A DNA stretch of 63,954 bases, counting the filler, from Reticulomyxa filosa (lineage: Eukaryota > Protista > Foraminifera), in assembly GCA_000512085.1 (NCBI GenBank). It is 23 parts of 23 records of this genome, joined end to end, with 100 filler letters (N's around TTAATTAATTAA, not from the genome) between each part and the next. Parts side by side here need not be neighbours in the genome. Positions count along the whole stretch, not along the records: positions 1 to 1,276 come from ASPP01020508.1; positions 1,377 to 4,356 come from ASPP01005388.1; positions 4,457 to 7,829 come from ASPP01003030.1; positions 7,930 to 8,929 come from ASPP01042258.1; positions 9,030 to 10,387 come from ASPP01029153.1; positions 10,488 to 11,662 come from ASPP01041154.1; positions 11,763 to 13,736 come from ASPP01019066.1; 16 more parts are not named here. One strand, 5' to 3'. The translations under genes and the position numbers were made by a program. The first letter of the stretch is position 1; every line of letters starts with the position of its first letter. Below are positions 1 to 12,453 of the stretch, in pieces. Under the pieces are notes generated by a model. That model searched no databases and was not told where the DNA came from. It saw nothing but the letters and a program-made list of their open reading frames with translations.

Positions 1-1246
1 TGTTGATGTTGATGTTGATGTTGATGTGAGTGCGGATGATAACGGTGATGGGCGAGGTTTTTGGTATTGTTGGTTGTGTCAATATTGCTGTCATTAGAAC
101 AAGGCTTACCATTGGATCGATCCATTTTCTCCGGCGAGATTGGCAGCATTAATTCGGTTTCGTCGTTGGCAGGCGACTGATCGATCAACGCACCGGGGTC
201 TACCGAATTGTCTAGTCTATTGGATTGTTCCATCTGTCTTTTCGATTGCTCTTCAAATACCGCATTGGTATCAATTGTCAATCCCTTTCGACGATTTCTG
301 TCATGTGTCGAAGCCAAGTCAACATTATTATTATTATTATTATTATTATGATTATTATATTTTGTTATTATTATCAATTTCATTGTTATTAGTATTATGA
401 ATATTATTGTTGTTTTGCTGCTTTAAGATCGCGGAATGGGAATTGACAGACACTGCGTTGGGAATGTTATAGCTTTGTTCAAAGATAACTGCCTGATGTT
501 TGGTGTTGATCATGTACCGGCAATCTTGGATTGGAGGAGGTGGCAATTGCTCCAAGCTCTTTTGTTGGCGTATGATGCGGGAAATGCGTTCGTGTTCAGA
601 CAAAGAGGTGGACACGACTCTGGTGCGATCGCGGATAGTTAGCTGCTCGCGCAATATGCATGCCCCCCATCGTTCGACAAAGCTATGTTCCCACCTAATC
701 GTACATGCATGCGCGCATGTAACAGGCGACACATCGTAAACAGAGTAATTCATAGCAACGCACATCATATATGTGTTTAAAGGAGATTGAACTTGATGGA
801 AGTAAAGAAAAAGAGAGAGAGAGAGAGAGAGTAAGCATTTGAAGAAGGATGTGTGTGTGTGTGTCTAGGACATCCATCGCTCTTCATTCCTTTAGCCTTA
901 CATAAGTTTGTTAGCAATACAAAACTCTTTCATAAGTGCAACGGAAAGTCGACGTCGACACAAGGGTATCAAAGACAAGAAAAAATGCCACACTCGAAAC
1001 ACTTGCGCGGCGATCCAATGTACATCTTGTCCAATATGATAACATACGGCCCTTCCTGTCATTCGTCTTTTCTCTTCTTTCTATTTCCATCCGACCCATA
1101 TACACACATACATATACACATATATAACATATCTCTTTCCTATGCGTCATCAATTTTGCAAAACAAACACATAACTGAAAAACGATGTTTGATTTGACTA
1201 ATTAAATGAGCATATCTCCATTGCAACTCCGTATTTGATTTTATCC
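1..1246 (-). CDS. FAM135/DUF3657-like protein, internal fragment, multi-exon
   Basis: Exons read HIGQDVHWIAAQVFRVWHFFLSL and IRWEHSFVERWGACILRE...HERISRIIR...PPPIQD...AVIFEQSY, which resembles the FAM135 N-terminal region. An Asn-rich low-complexity stretch follows. Confidence 0.45.
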
Positions 1247-1276
1247 TATTGTCATATTGTGTGTGTGTGTGTGTGT

Positions 1277-1376
1277 NNNNNNNNNNNNNNNNNNNNNNNN
1301 NNNNNNNNNNNNNNNNNNNNTTAATTAATTAANNNNNNNNNNNNNNNNNNNNNNNNNNNNNNNNNNNNNNNNNNNN
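1277..1376. other. Artificial contig linker N44-TTAATTAATTAA-N44. The same linker starts at 4357, 7830, 8930, 10388, 11663, 13737, 15370, 16470, 30888, 33925, 35060, 37477, 38724, 41132, 44031, 45813, 49287, 50520, 54813, 60464 and 62854
   Basis: Identical 100-bp unit occurs 22 times. TTAATTAATTAA places stops in all six frames, the usual spacer for concatenated contigs. Confidence 0.98.
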
Positions 1377-1413
1377 AAAAAGAAGTAAATTAAAAAAAAA
1401 AAAAAAAAAAAAG

Positions 1414-2397
1414 AACATATGAAAATAACTTGAAACGCAATTCGATGCCAGTGTTTCCAGACAATCGCGAAGAAATGAACAGTGGCAAAACGTCGACGAG
1501 TTTGCATAAGCGAAGAGCAAGTGAGCCGGCATATGACGCGATAAACGAAACAGAACGAAAATACAAAAGCGAAGAGCTAATCGACAAAATCGGAAACCCC
1601 ACCGACAAATATGTCGAGAAATGCTACCAAGAACTCTTCCTTGTCATTCGAAAGCATATTCAACCTTGTCGGCACATGTTGATTAATTTTGCTCAATGCA
1701 ATGTTATGTGTTATATACATATACATATATATATATATATTTATATATATATATAAATATATATAAATATATATGTATATACATATATGTACATGTATAT
1801 ATTATCATAATATACAAAATCCAAGAATAACATACTGACATACACGATAGCAACCATTGCTTCATTTGTATTTACGAAATTTACAAACCATTCAACAAAG
1901 ATTAGTCAATCTGATATTGGAATTGAAAGACGAAGCCTTAGTTGAAATTGCGATCAAAGTTAAATGTTGATTTATGTATGTTATGTGTATGAATGTATGT
2001 ATTTGTTTGTAAAGCAACGCATTGTTTCGAACCAACAAAAATGACCGCCAGACAAATGACTGCGTCGTTTCGACGATTTATTGGTACAATGGGATTGTGA
2101 AGAACGCCCTCAATGTGAGTGACCGTGTGACAAGCAACCGCGATGTGACCGAGTTGGAGCAATACTTGATCATGTCGCAAAGCAAGTTCCAACGCGACCG
2201 CCAGAAGTCAAATGGCAAGCTATTTGAAAAGAATACTGTGAACGAAAATGAAAATGAAGACGAAAATGAAGACGAAAAGGATGAATATGACAATGGCTTT
2301 GGAGATTTTGGGGATGGAAACGAAGAAGAAAAAGCTGTGACAATGCCATCGGTTCCAAATAATTCACGGTCTATGAATTTGTCTTCTAATACGTCTG

Positions 2398-2429
<32 letters not shown>

Positions 2430-2774
2430 GCGACAAAAACGAGAAAAATTGAAACGTCTCAATCGGATCAAGCACAATACTTTGATTTTCTAGGAAATTT
2501 TGATCATGCGTCCCCTTCCTCTCCTCTTCAACATTCTGAGCCAATTGCTCTCACTACTACTACTACTACTACAGTTCCCAAAACAAACGCTTCACACGCG
2601 TCAATCAAACCTCCTTACAATACCAACAACACCAATCACGCCAATAATATAACGACCACTACTATGGGTAGTGATGACTTTCTTGATTCCTTCTTCCAAC
2701 CTGTCTCATCCACGGGCGGCAACATGTCCAATCTTCACAATGGTGCTGATGCTGATAATGATATCGTTTTGTAA
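1414..2774 (+). CDS. GAT-domain (TOM1/GGA-like) adaptor, 5'-partial, multi-exon
   Basis: Splicing at GT-AG sites gives LHLYLRNLQTIQQRLVNLILELKDEALVEIAIK|TNDCVVSTIYWY, matching GAT helices 2-3. The disordered tail has FGDF/FDF motifs typical of adaptor-binding regions. Confidence 0.55.
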
Positions 2775-3841
2775 ATAGTCTAAGGGACAAGGGGATACTC
2801 AACAATAAACATAATTTTTTAAATTTTTAAAAATTATGCTTATGTATATATACGTGTATATGTATGTGTACATATATATAATGCACGCATCCTTTAGAAA
2901 TGACCCTCCCCCCCCTTCTCCTTTTCTCGAATTCGTATCAAAAAATACACAAAAATTGATATAGACTGACGCACCAGATGAAACTGATATAGAAAAAGAA
3001 CACGAATTTTTTGATGTAAATCTTTGAAGTACACTCTTTTTTTCGGACAATCTGCTGTTCAAAATGTGTCCCAATGTTCTCATTTTATTGTTTTGAAAAA
3101 GATGAACGGTTGGTTTTCTTTCCCCTTTTTTTCTTTTTAGAACGCTTCGTACATTGTGAAAAACCAAAAAGTCTTGGTTTGTCTTACTTTGTTCTCCCAT
3201 TTAACCTTTTTCTATCATTTTTTTTTAGTCTGGAGAAAAAAGTTGAAATCGATGTCTTTTTGATTGACTCAATGTATTTTAAATGCACAAATTCTATTCG
3301 TTTTTGAACACAATGTACAAATTTAGCCTGGTCAAACACATGTATTTCAAATTTTTAATTACTTTTCACAGTGTACTAGTGTTCACGGTATTTTTTCAAT
3401 TCAATAACTTTTCATTAACTTTAAAGAGTTTATTTAAGTTTAGTAGTACGAATCACCAACCGAGTTGAATATGACAATGACGATTGGTTTAGATTTATAA
3501 ACGCTGAACAAATTAGAATATCAAGTAAACAAAAAGAGGCAACATTGACATCAAAAAAATTACATTAACGACACTAGAACATGATTAAAAAAGCAAGTAA
3601 AAATGTTTCGTTTATTTCAAAACCCTCAAAAAGGATAAAAATAACTAAGAAAGTGCAAAAATAAACCGGACATCAATCCTGAAAAAAAAAGCTATTTGTG
3701 CAAAAAAACAGAAAAAAGACTTCGTTAAAACAAGTTTTAAGAAAGTAAAAACTTTGGAAGAAATTTTTTACACAATACTCCCCTTTTCGTTGCCATTTCA
3801 TAAAGATCACGTAAATGCCTAAAAGAGGCAAAGCCGATAGT

Positions 3842-4284
3842 ATGGATAGTAATCCAGCAGCATCTCCACCTTTAAAGAAACGAAAAATGAATAATGGGGA
3901 ACCAGAGTCTTTCCAAGAGCTAGAACTTGGTAGGGGACATTTGAATTTTTACGACTTGCTCAATGAGCGAGTCTGAGTGATTGGATCTTGGATGTTTTTT
4001 TTTGTTTTTTTTTTTTTACAAAAGTGCACACATAAAATATTAGTGTAATGTCTATGAAATCACATTTTGTGCACAACAGAGAAAAAAGGGCTTCAAATTC
4101 CAAGATTTTTACAACACATATGGACAATGCTTCATGACCCTTCCGTTAAATTTTTTTTTGAATTTGTTTGCTTATATAGGTTTCTGTGTACAAACAGCCT
4201 GTCTCAATCCCCAAAAAAAACATCAAATACCGTTGCATTGCTTGTAGATTTCGCACATCATATCATGGCACGCCACCCAAGATG
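3842..4284 (+). CDS. Heat-shock-factor (HSF-type DNA-binding domain) protein, 3'-partial, first three exons
   Basis: Spliced product MDSNPAASPPLKKRK...ELEL|EKKGLQIPRFLQHIWTMLHDPS|ISHIISWHATQD matches the HSF DBD start (PxFLxKLWxMxxDP...IISW) and has an NLS-like KKRK. Confidence 0.8.
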
Positions 4285-5190
4285 TTAATAAAAAATCACT
4301 TCTTTTGTTAATATTTTGGGATCAATCATTGTTCTTGAAGATGGGGGGGGGGGGGGNNNNNNNNNNNNNNNNNNNNNNNNNNNNNNNNNNNNNNNNNNNN
4401 TTAATTAATTAANNNNNNNNNNNNNNNNNNNNNNNNNNNNNNNNNNNNNNNNNNNNCTTTGACAAAATAATAAAATATTTTTACTTTTTTTAACTAAATG
4501 CATATATAAATAGCTATTTCAGAACAATCTGTAAGTCATTTATCACTTTGAAAATAAATTCTTTATTTCTTTATTTTTAATAGGTAAGTTAGAAGTTGAA
4601 AGATAAACGATATAATTGGCATTTATATGATGAAAAGACATATCAAAAGATTGAAAAATTATGCATTAATAAGATAGTTTGTGTAAATATTATTTTATAT
4701 TTAATTAAAAAAAGTATATAATATATATACATATATTATTTATAGATTGAAATAAAAATATTTTCAATGATATACAGAATAACAAGAAAATCATTTGGTA
4801 AAGGATTTCAATTGAATACAATGACATTTGAACTTTGTAATATTAAACCGTTTAAATAAAGTTATAGTATTTGTTTGAATATTTATTATTAAAAAAAAAA
4901 TTAAAAATATATATAAATGATATTAAATGGCAATTTTTTTTAAAAAAACAAGTTGCAAGATTTCACAATAAATAAATGTAAAATTATGAATTAAAAATTA
5001 ACAATTATATGATTTATAAAATCAGAAAAAGAAAATAACAAATTACCAAATAAATGAAAAAAAATGTTTATAAGTCAATACGAAGACAAAATCAAAAAGA
5101 GAAATTCGAAAATTTGAATTAAAATTATACAATTTGTATACAATACCAATTCTTATAAAATAAAATTCATAATATATTTATTCTATCATT

Positions 5191-5295
5191 TGTCGAATCC
5201 CTAAAATAAATTTTCTTTATATCTTTGAATCGCTTGTAAATGTCGAATCCTTAAAATCAATTTTCTTTATATATTTGAATCTTTGAATCGCTTGT
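5191..5295. repeat. Tandem duplication of a ~50-bp unit
   Basis: TGTCGAATCCyTAAAATmAATTTTCTTTATAT...TTTGAATCGCTTGT at 5191-5237 and 5241-5295. Confidence 0.85.
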
Positions 5296-6275
5296 TTGAT
5301 ATTAGTTCTTTTTTCATCAAGCTTTATTGACACTTAATTTCACTTTTATCAAAAGAAAAAACTATTTATATATTCTGAATCCTGAGTTTTTTTTATTGTA
5401 AAATCTATTAACAGAAAAGTATTTTTAAGGATCTGCATATAACTTGTTATGATGACTTATGATTTTGACAATTAAAATTGTCAAATTATTTATTTAACAA
5501 ATATTTAGCTTAAAACAAAGCAAATAATATGCATTATGATAACGCAATAGACTAATATTGCACATTAGATCGAGTTGATATTTATACAAAAGTCATTGAT
5601 AATGTTAACAATATTTAATAGATTATATCAATAAATATATATTTTTCATTTAATTGTAATGTAAAATATAGTTAATAATTATAATATTATTCATTTTATT
5701 CAGCTATCAGTGCTTAGTGCTTATGGCTTTTGCTTTCTTCATTATTTGCTGTGTTATTGCTTTGTGTAGAGCTTTGATCGCTCAATCGATCATTTTCTTT
5801 ATTGCTAGTCATTTATTGATTGATTTGATGCTGTTTACAAAGGAAGGCTTGCAGAAGAAGTACTCTTTCAACGAGACACTAGTGGCGTCCAAGAGGACTA
5901 TGTGCTATTTTGCTTTAATTAAACAAGAAAAGAAAGTTGAAACAAGAGTTAAACACTGAACGTAAAACCATGTGTTCTTCTGAGCCTTTGTATTTCATTT
6001 GTGTATTTTTAAATAATGAAAAAAATTTACTATTCAAAAATATTTTTAATACTACAAAAAAACATTCTTTGTTTTTTTAAAAAAGTAATGTGATAAATTT
6101 TTTGAAAATAGTTATTTCATTTTCATTATTATAATGCTTGCACATTTTGTTGTATGTAAATATTAGAATTTGTGCTTATAGTTTCAATAGTTCTTGATCT
6201 TTTTGTTATATAATATGAATCTGAATCACCAATATGAATTTATATCTTGATATAATATCTTTTTATCGATACCTA

Positions 6276-7754
6276 GGTTAACACAGCCTGCAACACAACG
6301 TGTAGTTGTCTTATTGTCCATGGGTGTCGTGCAGGCAGGATTTGCCTTACACTTGGCGCTGAATGTCTGTCTTTGCCCCAGTCGAAAACGTAGCGAGGCC
6401 CGGAGTTCTCGATTATCGAATATAGAACGTTGGAATTTGTTTGGTCGGGCATTGAGATAACTGTATGCGTATGGTTTGGAGATCGCTCTAACCAGTTTGC
6501 GATGTTCCGACGTTAATTTTTGCCGAAATTCACAATGTATACGTGCGAAAACGTTTTTGGCAAGTCGTGCTTGATTTGGAATAAGGGCACAGTCAATAAT
6601 GTTATTGTGTGGTTGTGTGTTTTGGTTGTAATGTGAGATAGCTTCCTCGAATCCGTTTTGTGATAGCCATCAACATTTTGTATATGGGGGTGTATTGATG
6701 GCAATCGTTGGCTCGCTGCTTGTGATGAAGCAATGTATGCTGCGCTAGATAGCGCATTTGCGGAGTTGAGGCCTAGTCCTCCTTTCTTTACTGGCATTTG
6801 GCATTGGAGCCATTGGTTATTGGTAAGAGGGCACGCCAGTATTGATTCTGTGGTGTGCTTCACTTTCCCATCGAAGATCTGGTCCAATTATGGGCCGCTT
6901 TGGTGACATTGGCTCGCATGTGGAATGTCGCTTTGGTGGCATTCAAAGAGTTCCTGAGAAGGAGTAGCATGGTTTGTGCATGCTTCAAACTCAACAAACT
7001 CTCGAATTGAGCGCTCCAATCCTTTAGAATTATGTCCATCTCTTTTTGTATGTATTCATCATCTCCAGTTGGGATACCCACGATTGTTGTGTTAAATTTT
7101 TGATTATGAGGTATTTGATTTAGGTGTGTATGAGGAAGTGAATGGTGGTTGGATATCCATTCGCATTTGTTCAAATTAATACTCGTACCATGTGTGTTGG
7201 CTGTGGCAAGGAGTGATGTGACTGCTCGAATTACATGTTGTGGATCATCTGCTGCAATAGTTAAATCACCGTGATATGCCGCATGGAATAAATTGGGAAC
7301 TGAAGAAATGGATACTTTTAATGCATCGGCCAGGACTATAGCGAAGAAGGTTCATCCTAGTGGATCTGGTGGACTCCCGATTTGGAGTGAATTGTGTGAC
7401 TGGTGGACAAAAATAGTTGTGCGTGTGTAGCGTAACATCCTTTTGCATATCCATAAATTCGGGGCCTGCATTCTTACTAGCTCCAGTAATTTCCTTCTTT
7501 TACACGAGTTAAATGCATTTTGGAAATCAATTTTCACTAAAACACCTTTGTTATTTGATTGAATGTGTTTGCTTATAGCTTTGAAACCGTTGGAGAAGAT
7601 TTCGATTCCTTGTTTAACATTCACGCCCAGTTGGTTTGGTCCAAGTACCTTTGAGATCGTTTCCGAATGCCTTTGAAGGAGGATGGCACCTTCTGATCGA
7701 CGGAATAAGGATCCTACAGCAATTGGCCTCGTGTGTTATCCGGTTTGGGGATAG
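6276..7754 (-). mobile_element. Decayed non-LTR retrotransposon fragment, CRE-like RT domain, truncated at both ends
   Basis: Across frameshifts it reads AIPKPD..RPIAVGSLFRR, PNQLGV, KIDFQNAFNS, SGVHQ.DPLG*, AAYHGDLTI (degenerate YxDD), INLNKCE, QMPVKKGGLGL..AAYIAS, LRFRLG...KCKANPAC. There are several frameshifts and an in-frame TGA. Confidence 0.9.
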
Positions 7755-7929
7755 CTACAGTAGATTGCAAAAAAATCCGCCATACCTAATCTTGTAGTTT
7801 TTAAATATTAAAATTTTTTTTTTGCTAATNNNNNNNNNNNNNNNNNNNNNNNNNNNNNNNNNNNNNNNNNNNNTTAATTAATTAANNNNNNNNNNNNNNN
7901 NNNNNNNNNNNNNNNNNNNNNNNNNNNNN

Positions 7930-8295
7930 TGGGATACTGATGCACGTAATAAAAATAAGGTGGTGTTGAATTTTTCATCAATGTCACCAATAACCACATG
8001 TTTTCTATTGCGTTATTTGATGACATTCCAAAGAGATGAATTAAAGAAAAAATTCAAAAATGATCCAATCAAAATTGTTGGAGGCAAATCACAATATTCA
8101 AATATCACAAGAATTGGTGATTGGAAAGAAGAGTATAATTCTCCACAGAAGAAACTAATTGAAGATGAACTAAAGAAATGGAAAGTACCAATTCGATTAG
8201 AACAAGATAAAAAGAATCCAATGATATGGTGTTTAAATGAAACGGATGTGTCGTCATTTTTTCAAATTGTGCGTCATCATGATGTTTACAAATGA
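7930..8295 (+). CDS. C-terminal fragment with a degenerate Smr/MutS2-like domain, possibly from a PPR-Smr-type gene
   Basis: VLNFSSMSPITTCFLLRYL...IKIVGGKSQYS...KKLIEDELKKW parallels the Smr pattern LDLHG..A...L...IxIITGKGxHS...l+..v...L. Confidence 0.4.
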   Translation, partial: WDTDARNKNKVVLNFSSMSPITTCFLLRYLMTFQRDELKKKFKNDPIKIVGGKSQYSNITRIGDWKEEYNSPQKKLIEDELKKWKVPIRLEQDKKNPMIWCLNETDVSSFFQIVRHHDVYK

Positions 8296-8734
8296 AGTAA
8301 ATATGAGTGAACATGTACTGAGCTCAATAACAAATCATCTAAGGTTATAGTGCTAAAAACACTGCAAATTTTGTCTATTTTCGATGCTAATTTTTTTTTT
8401 TTTTGAATAATTATAATTTGTCCTTTCTTCGAAATGCATACTTGTTTTTTCAGTAAAAATGAAGCAAAACCAGATGCAACTTTTTGCACAGAATGTCCGA
8501 GTTATATCGAGGTTTACGAAAAATAGGTTACTTGGCGACAGTTATTGTTTTGCTATTTAGTTGTACTTGATCATTATCAATCCTCTTTGGATTACAAATT
8601 CTGCATTGCGCTGCAGTTTCTTCATATGAATTATATCCTTGCGTTTCAAGGTAAAAACCAGCTAAAAAAAAAAACTTTGCGTGGGACTGTAAATATGTGC
8701 AATCAATAATAGATATAAAAGAAAAAATATCGCA

Positions 8735-8929
8735 ATGAGCAACGGTGAAGATGAAAAGATAAATGGAGAGTCTGGTGCTGGAATGCCTTCCATTTCTCTT
8801 CAAAATTCGTGCTTTAACAAAAACTGGATAGCACACTTGAATCAGGAAGAACAGATTAGCCATTTAATATGTTTGATTTGCAAGCAAATTGCCAACAACC
8901 CCATAGAAATAAACTGTCCTCAGCACGAA
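8735..8929 (+). CDS. RING/TRAF-type zinc-finger protein, N-terminal fragment
   Basis: SCFNKNW...HLICLICKQIANNPIEINCPQH is the start of a C3HC4-like RING. It is cut by the linker. Confidence 0.65.
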
Positions 8930-9073
8930 NNNNNNNNNNNNNNNNNNNNNNNNNNNNNNNNNNNNNNNNNNNNTTAATTAATTAANNNNNNNNNNNNNNN
9001 NNNNNNNNNNNNNNNNNNNNNNNNNNNNNTTTTTTTTTTTTTTTTTTTTTTAAAAAAAAATATAAAAATATAT

Positions 9074-10242
9074 TCATTTGTAATTTGTCATTAAATATAA
9101 GTACAGCAGAAATGTAACACTCACATCTTGTTTATCATTTTCTTCCTTTTTCTCTTCTTTCTCTTCTTTCTCTACTTTCAATTGGCCTTTTTTTCTCATT
9201 TCCCCTTCATTCAACCATTCACTTAAGTGCGTTTTTATATGTCTTGGCGAAAAGAAACCATGTTCATTAAATCCTCCAACAATATGTATATACGTGTTAT
9301 CTTCACTCAATATTCCAACACTACTATATAACAAACTAGGTAAGGTGCTTTCACACATCATCCATTTGTTTTCTCGAATGAAATACTTGTGCACTGACTT
9401 TGATACCATTTTATTTGGTCCAAATTTACCATTTTGTCCACCAAAAAATAAGATGACATCATTGATACACACATATGCATATGCAAAAAATAATTCGATA
9501 TCCTTACTGACAAGTAGTTTATGAAATTGAAACTTGTTTTTATCTTCATCATATTCAATTGATAATCCTGTCTTTTTACAAAACAACAGCATTTCACAGT
9601 TTTGTTTATTTTTTTGATTTGTTTTCACCATTTCTTGCACTTGTCCATTTTCTGGTTTTGATACAAAGCAATGATAAAAAATTGAATTATCAGTTGGTAA
9701 AGTATCATGTTTAATAAATTCAAATGTATTTAAATTAAACACACTAATATTATTTTTTAAATAAGTGATAAATAACAAATGATTATTGCTTCCACCAACC
9801 ACTGCACGCACTCCTGTATAATAACTATCATCTCCTTCAATCATAATTGGATTATTGTGATTGTCTGTCAATGGAACCCATTCATTGTAATTGCTTAATT
9901 CATTTGATTTGTTTGGTATATCACTCCAAACACTAACATATTTCATCACTAATGTATGATTATAATGTCCACCAAAAGACAACAAAGTAATTTCATTGCT
10001 GTCTTTGTCATTCTTATTATCTACTAGTTTTACTACACAGTGTCCAACTAATTGAACATCATTTGGATACCTACAAATAAACTTATATTTATTTTTAAGT
10101 GTATGATAAGAATAACATCCCCTTGCTTTGGAGGTCCCCAAAAGTGAGGATTTCGTACTTGTGTGACACACATTGAGATACAGCAAGTGGAATAGGTAAA
10201 TTCTTCACATCTTTGAAAGGGACCTGTGCTTTGATTACCCAT
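9074..10242 (-). CDS. Kelch/galactose-oxidase beta-propeller protein, with apparent frameshifts near the 5' end
   Basis: Repeated hhhGG..Y...W blades (LLSFGG, AVVGG, ILFFGG...HKYFIRENKW, IHIVGG). The N-terminus MGNQS needs two frame changes to join LPIPLAVSQCVSHKYEIL to GCYSYHTLKN. Confidence 0.8.
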
Positions 10243-11762
10243 GTTGTTAACGTCGAGGAACTAGTAGTTTTTTTTTTTTTTTATGAAGAAAAAGGAATAA
10301 TTATCATGTAAAAGGGGGCAACTCTTATTTTTTGAATTTTGTTGTGTAACATAACAGTAAATTACAATCTGTTTAAAAATTGAAAATNNNNNNNNNNNNN
10401 NNNNNNNNNNNNNNNNNNNNNNNNNNNNNNNTTAATTAATTAANNNNNNNNNNNNNNNNNNNNNNNNNNNNNNNNNNNNNNNNNNNNACCGAAGACGATC
10501 AGAAGACTTTTTTTATTTATTGAAAAAAAAAAACAGATAACATTGAATGATTTTTTTTATATGAAAATGTGAAATGTAGTGAAGAATCTCAATAGAAGTG
10601 GGACCAACAGTGAACGTGCATTCAGTACCGAACTCGAGTATGAACGTCGAAGCTTTGTCAACAAAATAAGAAAAAGGAAATGAGCAGGAGGATGAGGATG
10701 TATTATCCGATTATGCATTGATAGACGTGGAGTTGCCAACGATGGTGTTGATGAAATCTTTTTTCAATGATATAGGGTACTTGCAGTGTGATCAACCACA
10801 AATTATTGAAAGGCGAACATCCTGAGCGAACCTGGCGCGTGGTTACCGCCACTGCACTCGACGTGTTCCTTTTCAGATCAATTGTTGGATCTAACTCTTT
10901 AAATTATTTGATATGCTTTGAATGTCCACAACAAGTGAGGACTTTGGGCATTCAAGTGTCCAATGATATGAATAAATTTTATTGTATCGATTGTGTTGGC
11001 GAGCCTTAGAAAAAAAATTCAGCAACTCCTTGACATTGACTAAAGTGAGTTGCACAAAATTTGTTGTTGTATTTATTTTTGGATTTTTTTTTCTAGTCCT
11101 TTTCTATCGAAGTGATTATTATTTCGCACACTTTTTCAAACTGAAACAACAATTCAAAGATTAAAACATTATGTGTATATGCAATTACATCGCGCTCACA
11201 AACATTGATCGTTTATGAAGAATTTTTCTTGTTGTCCCTTGTTGGACTGTTTTTGTTTTTGTGCAAAAATATTGTAAATGAAACAGATTTTTATTATTTC
11301 CTTCGTTCGCGTTGAAGAAAGAAGAATTTCTAATGTGCAACGGTTAATGTTGAATTATTGAATAAGATAAAATGTGGAATATAAAGAATTCTTTATGAAA
11401 TGTAATTATTGTTATATTTTATTTATTTATTTGTACGATTATATAAATGAATAATTATTTGTTATGAAATAACAATTTGACCAACTGATCAAATAAGTAT
11501 TTTTGATAACATTATCATACCCTAACTTTTTATTTTTACCAAAGCAATAAGTTTTTAAAAAATTTTCTCCTGATGTCTAAGTGTTGATCAATTATTTTAC
11601 ATTTTCAATTATTTGTGCTGTTTCATAAAAGCAAAAAATAGTTTTAATTCTTTTTATCTTATNNNNNNNNNNNNNNNNNNNNNNNNNNNNNNNNNNNNNN
11701 NNNNNNTTAATTAATTAANNNNNNNNNNNNNNNNNNNNNNNNNNNNNNNNNNNNNNNNNNNN

Positions 11763-11872
11763 TTGATCCATGCATCTGCAGCTTCCACTGTCGTATTTCC
11801 TTCTTTTTTCAATGCACGTTCGGCCAACGCTTTGGCATGACCTTTGGTCGAAACTAACTCTTGAGTCATCAT
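11763..11872 (-). CDS. UBA-domain protein, N-terminal fragment
   Basis: ELVSTKGHAKALAERALKKEGNTTVEAADAWI matches the UBA pattern L..MGF....A.+AL...GN..VE.A..WI. Confidence 0.55.
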
Positions 11873-12357
11873 TTGACGATTTAAAATCTTTGTATGTTTG
11901 CTTTCTTTCACTCCCAACACGAGACGCAGCGTTTCTCCAGCCGAAGAGAAACAGCAAAAAACACTTGTTGTACTGCGTTTACAAATTATATTTTAAAAAA
12001 ACAAACTTTTTTTCGCACAACGAAGAAAAAAGTGCACTTTGGACTAAGTTTAAAAAAAAAACTATTGTCGCAAAAAAAAAAACTAAAAAAATGTATTATT
12101 ATTATTTTATTTCGAAAGTGTCAGAAAAAGAAATATTTTAGTTTTGTTTTGTGCTTTTTTTAATATTGCTTAATTAATTTACTAGATTGTATTGTTTACA
12201 ATTATGATTAGTTTCGACTGTTGATGAATAGTAATTTTTTAAAAAAAATAAGTTGAAATTGAATAAAATATCTTTTTTTTTGGAATATGTGAGACTGAAC
12301 AATAAGTTAAATTGTAAAACTTTTTTTGGAACATTCCCACACATATATAAAAAAGTA

Positions 12358-12453
12358 ATGTCGTATATTACTTGTCCAATTTGCACAGAACTAGTTCCTT
12401 TAAAGGTGATCAATATTCATTTAGATTTGGCTTGTGATAAAAAGAAACTATAA
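12358..12453 (+). CDS. 31-aa ORF consisting of a Rad18-type UBZ zinc finger
   Basis: MSYITCPICTELVPLKVINIHLDLAC matches CPxC...P...INxHLDxC (UBZ4). Confidence 0.5.
   Translation: MSYITCPICTELVPLKVINIHLDLACDKKKL

Noticed and set aside
1700-1810. (TA)n, (CA)n and poly(A/T) tracts
   Set aside because: Ordinary intronic microsatellites found throughout the window; they explain many contig breaks.
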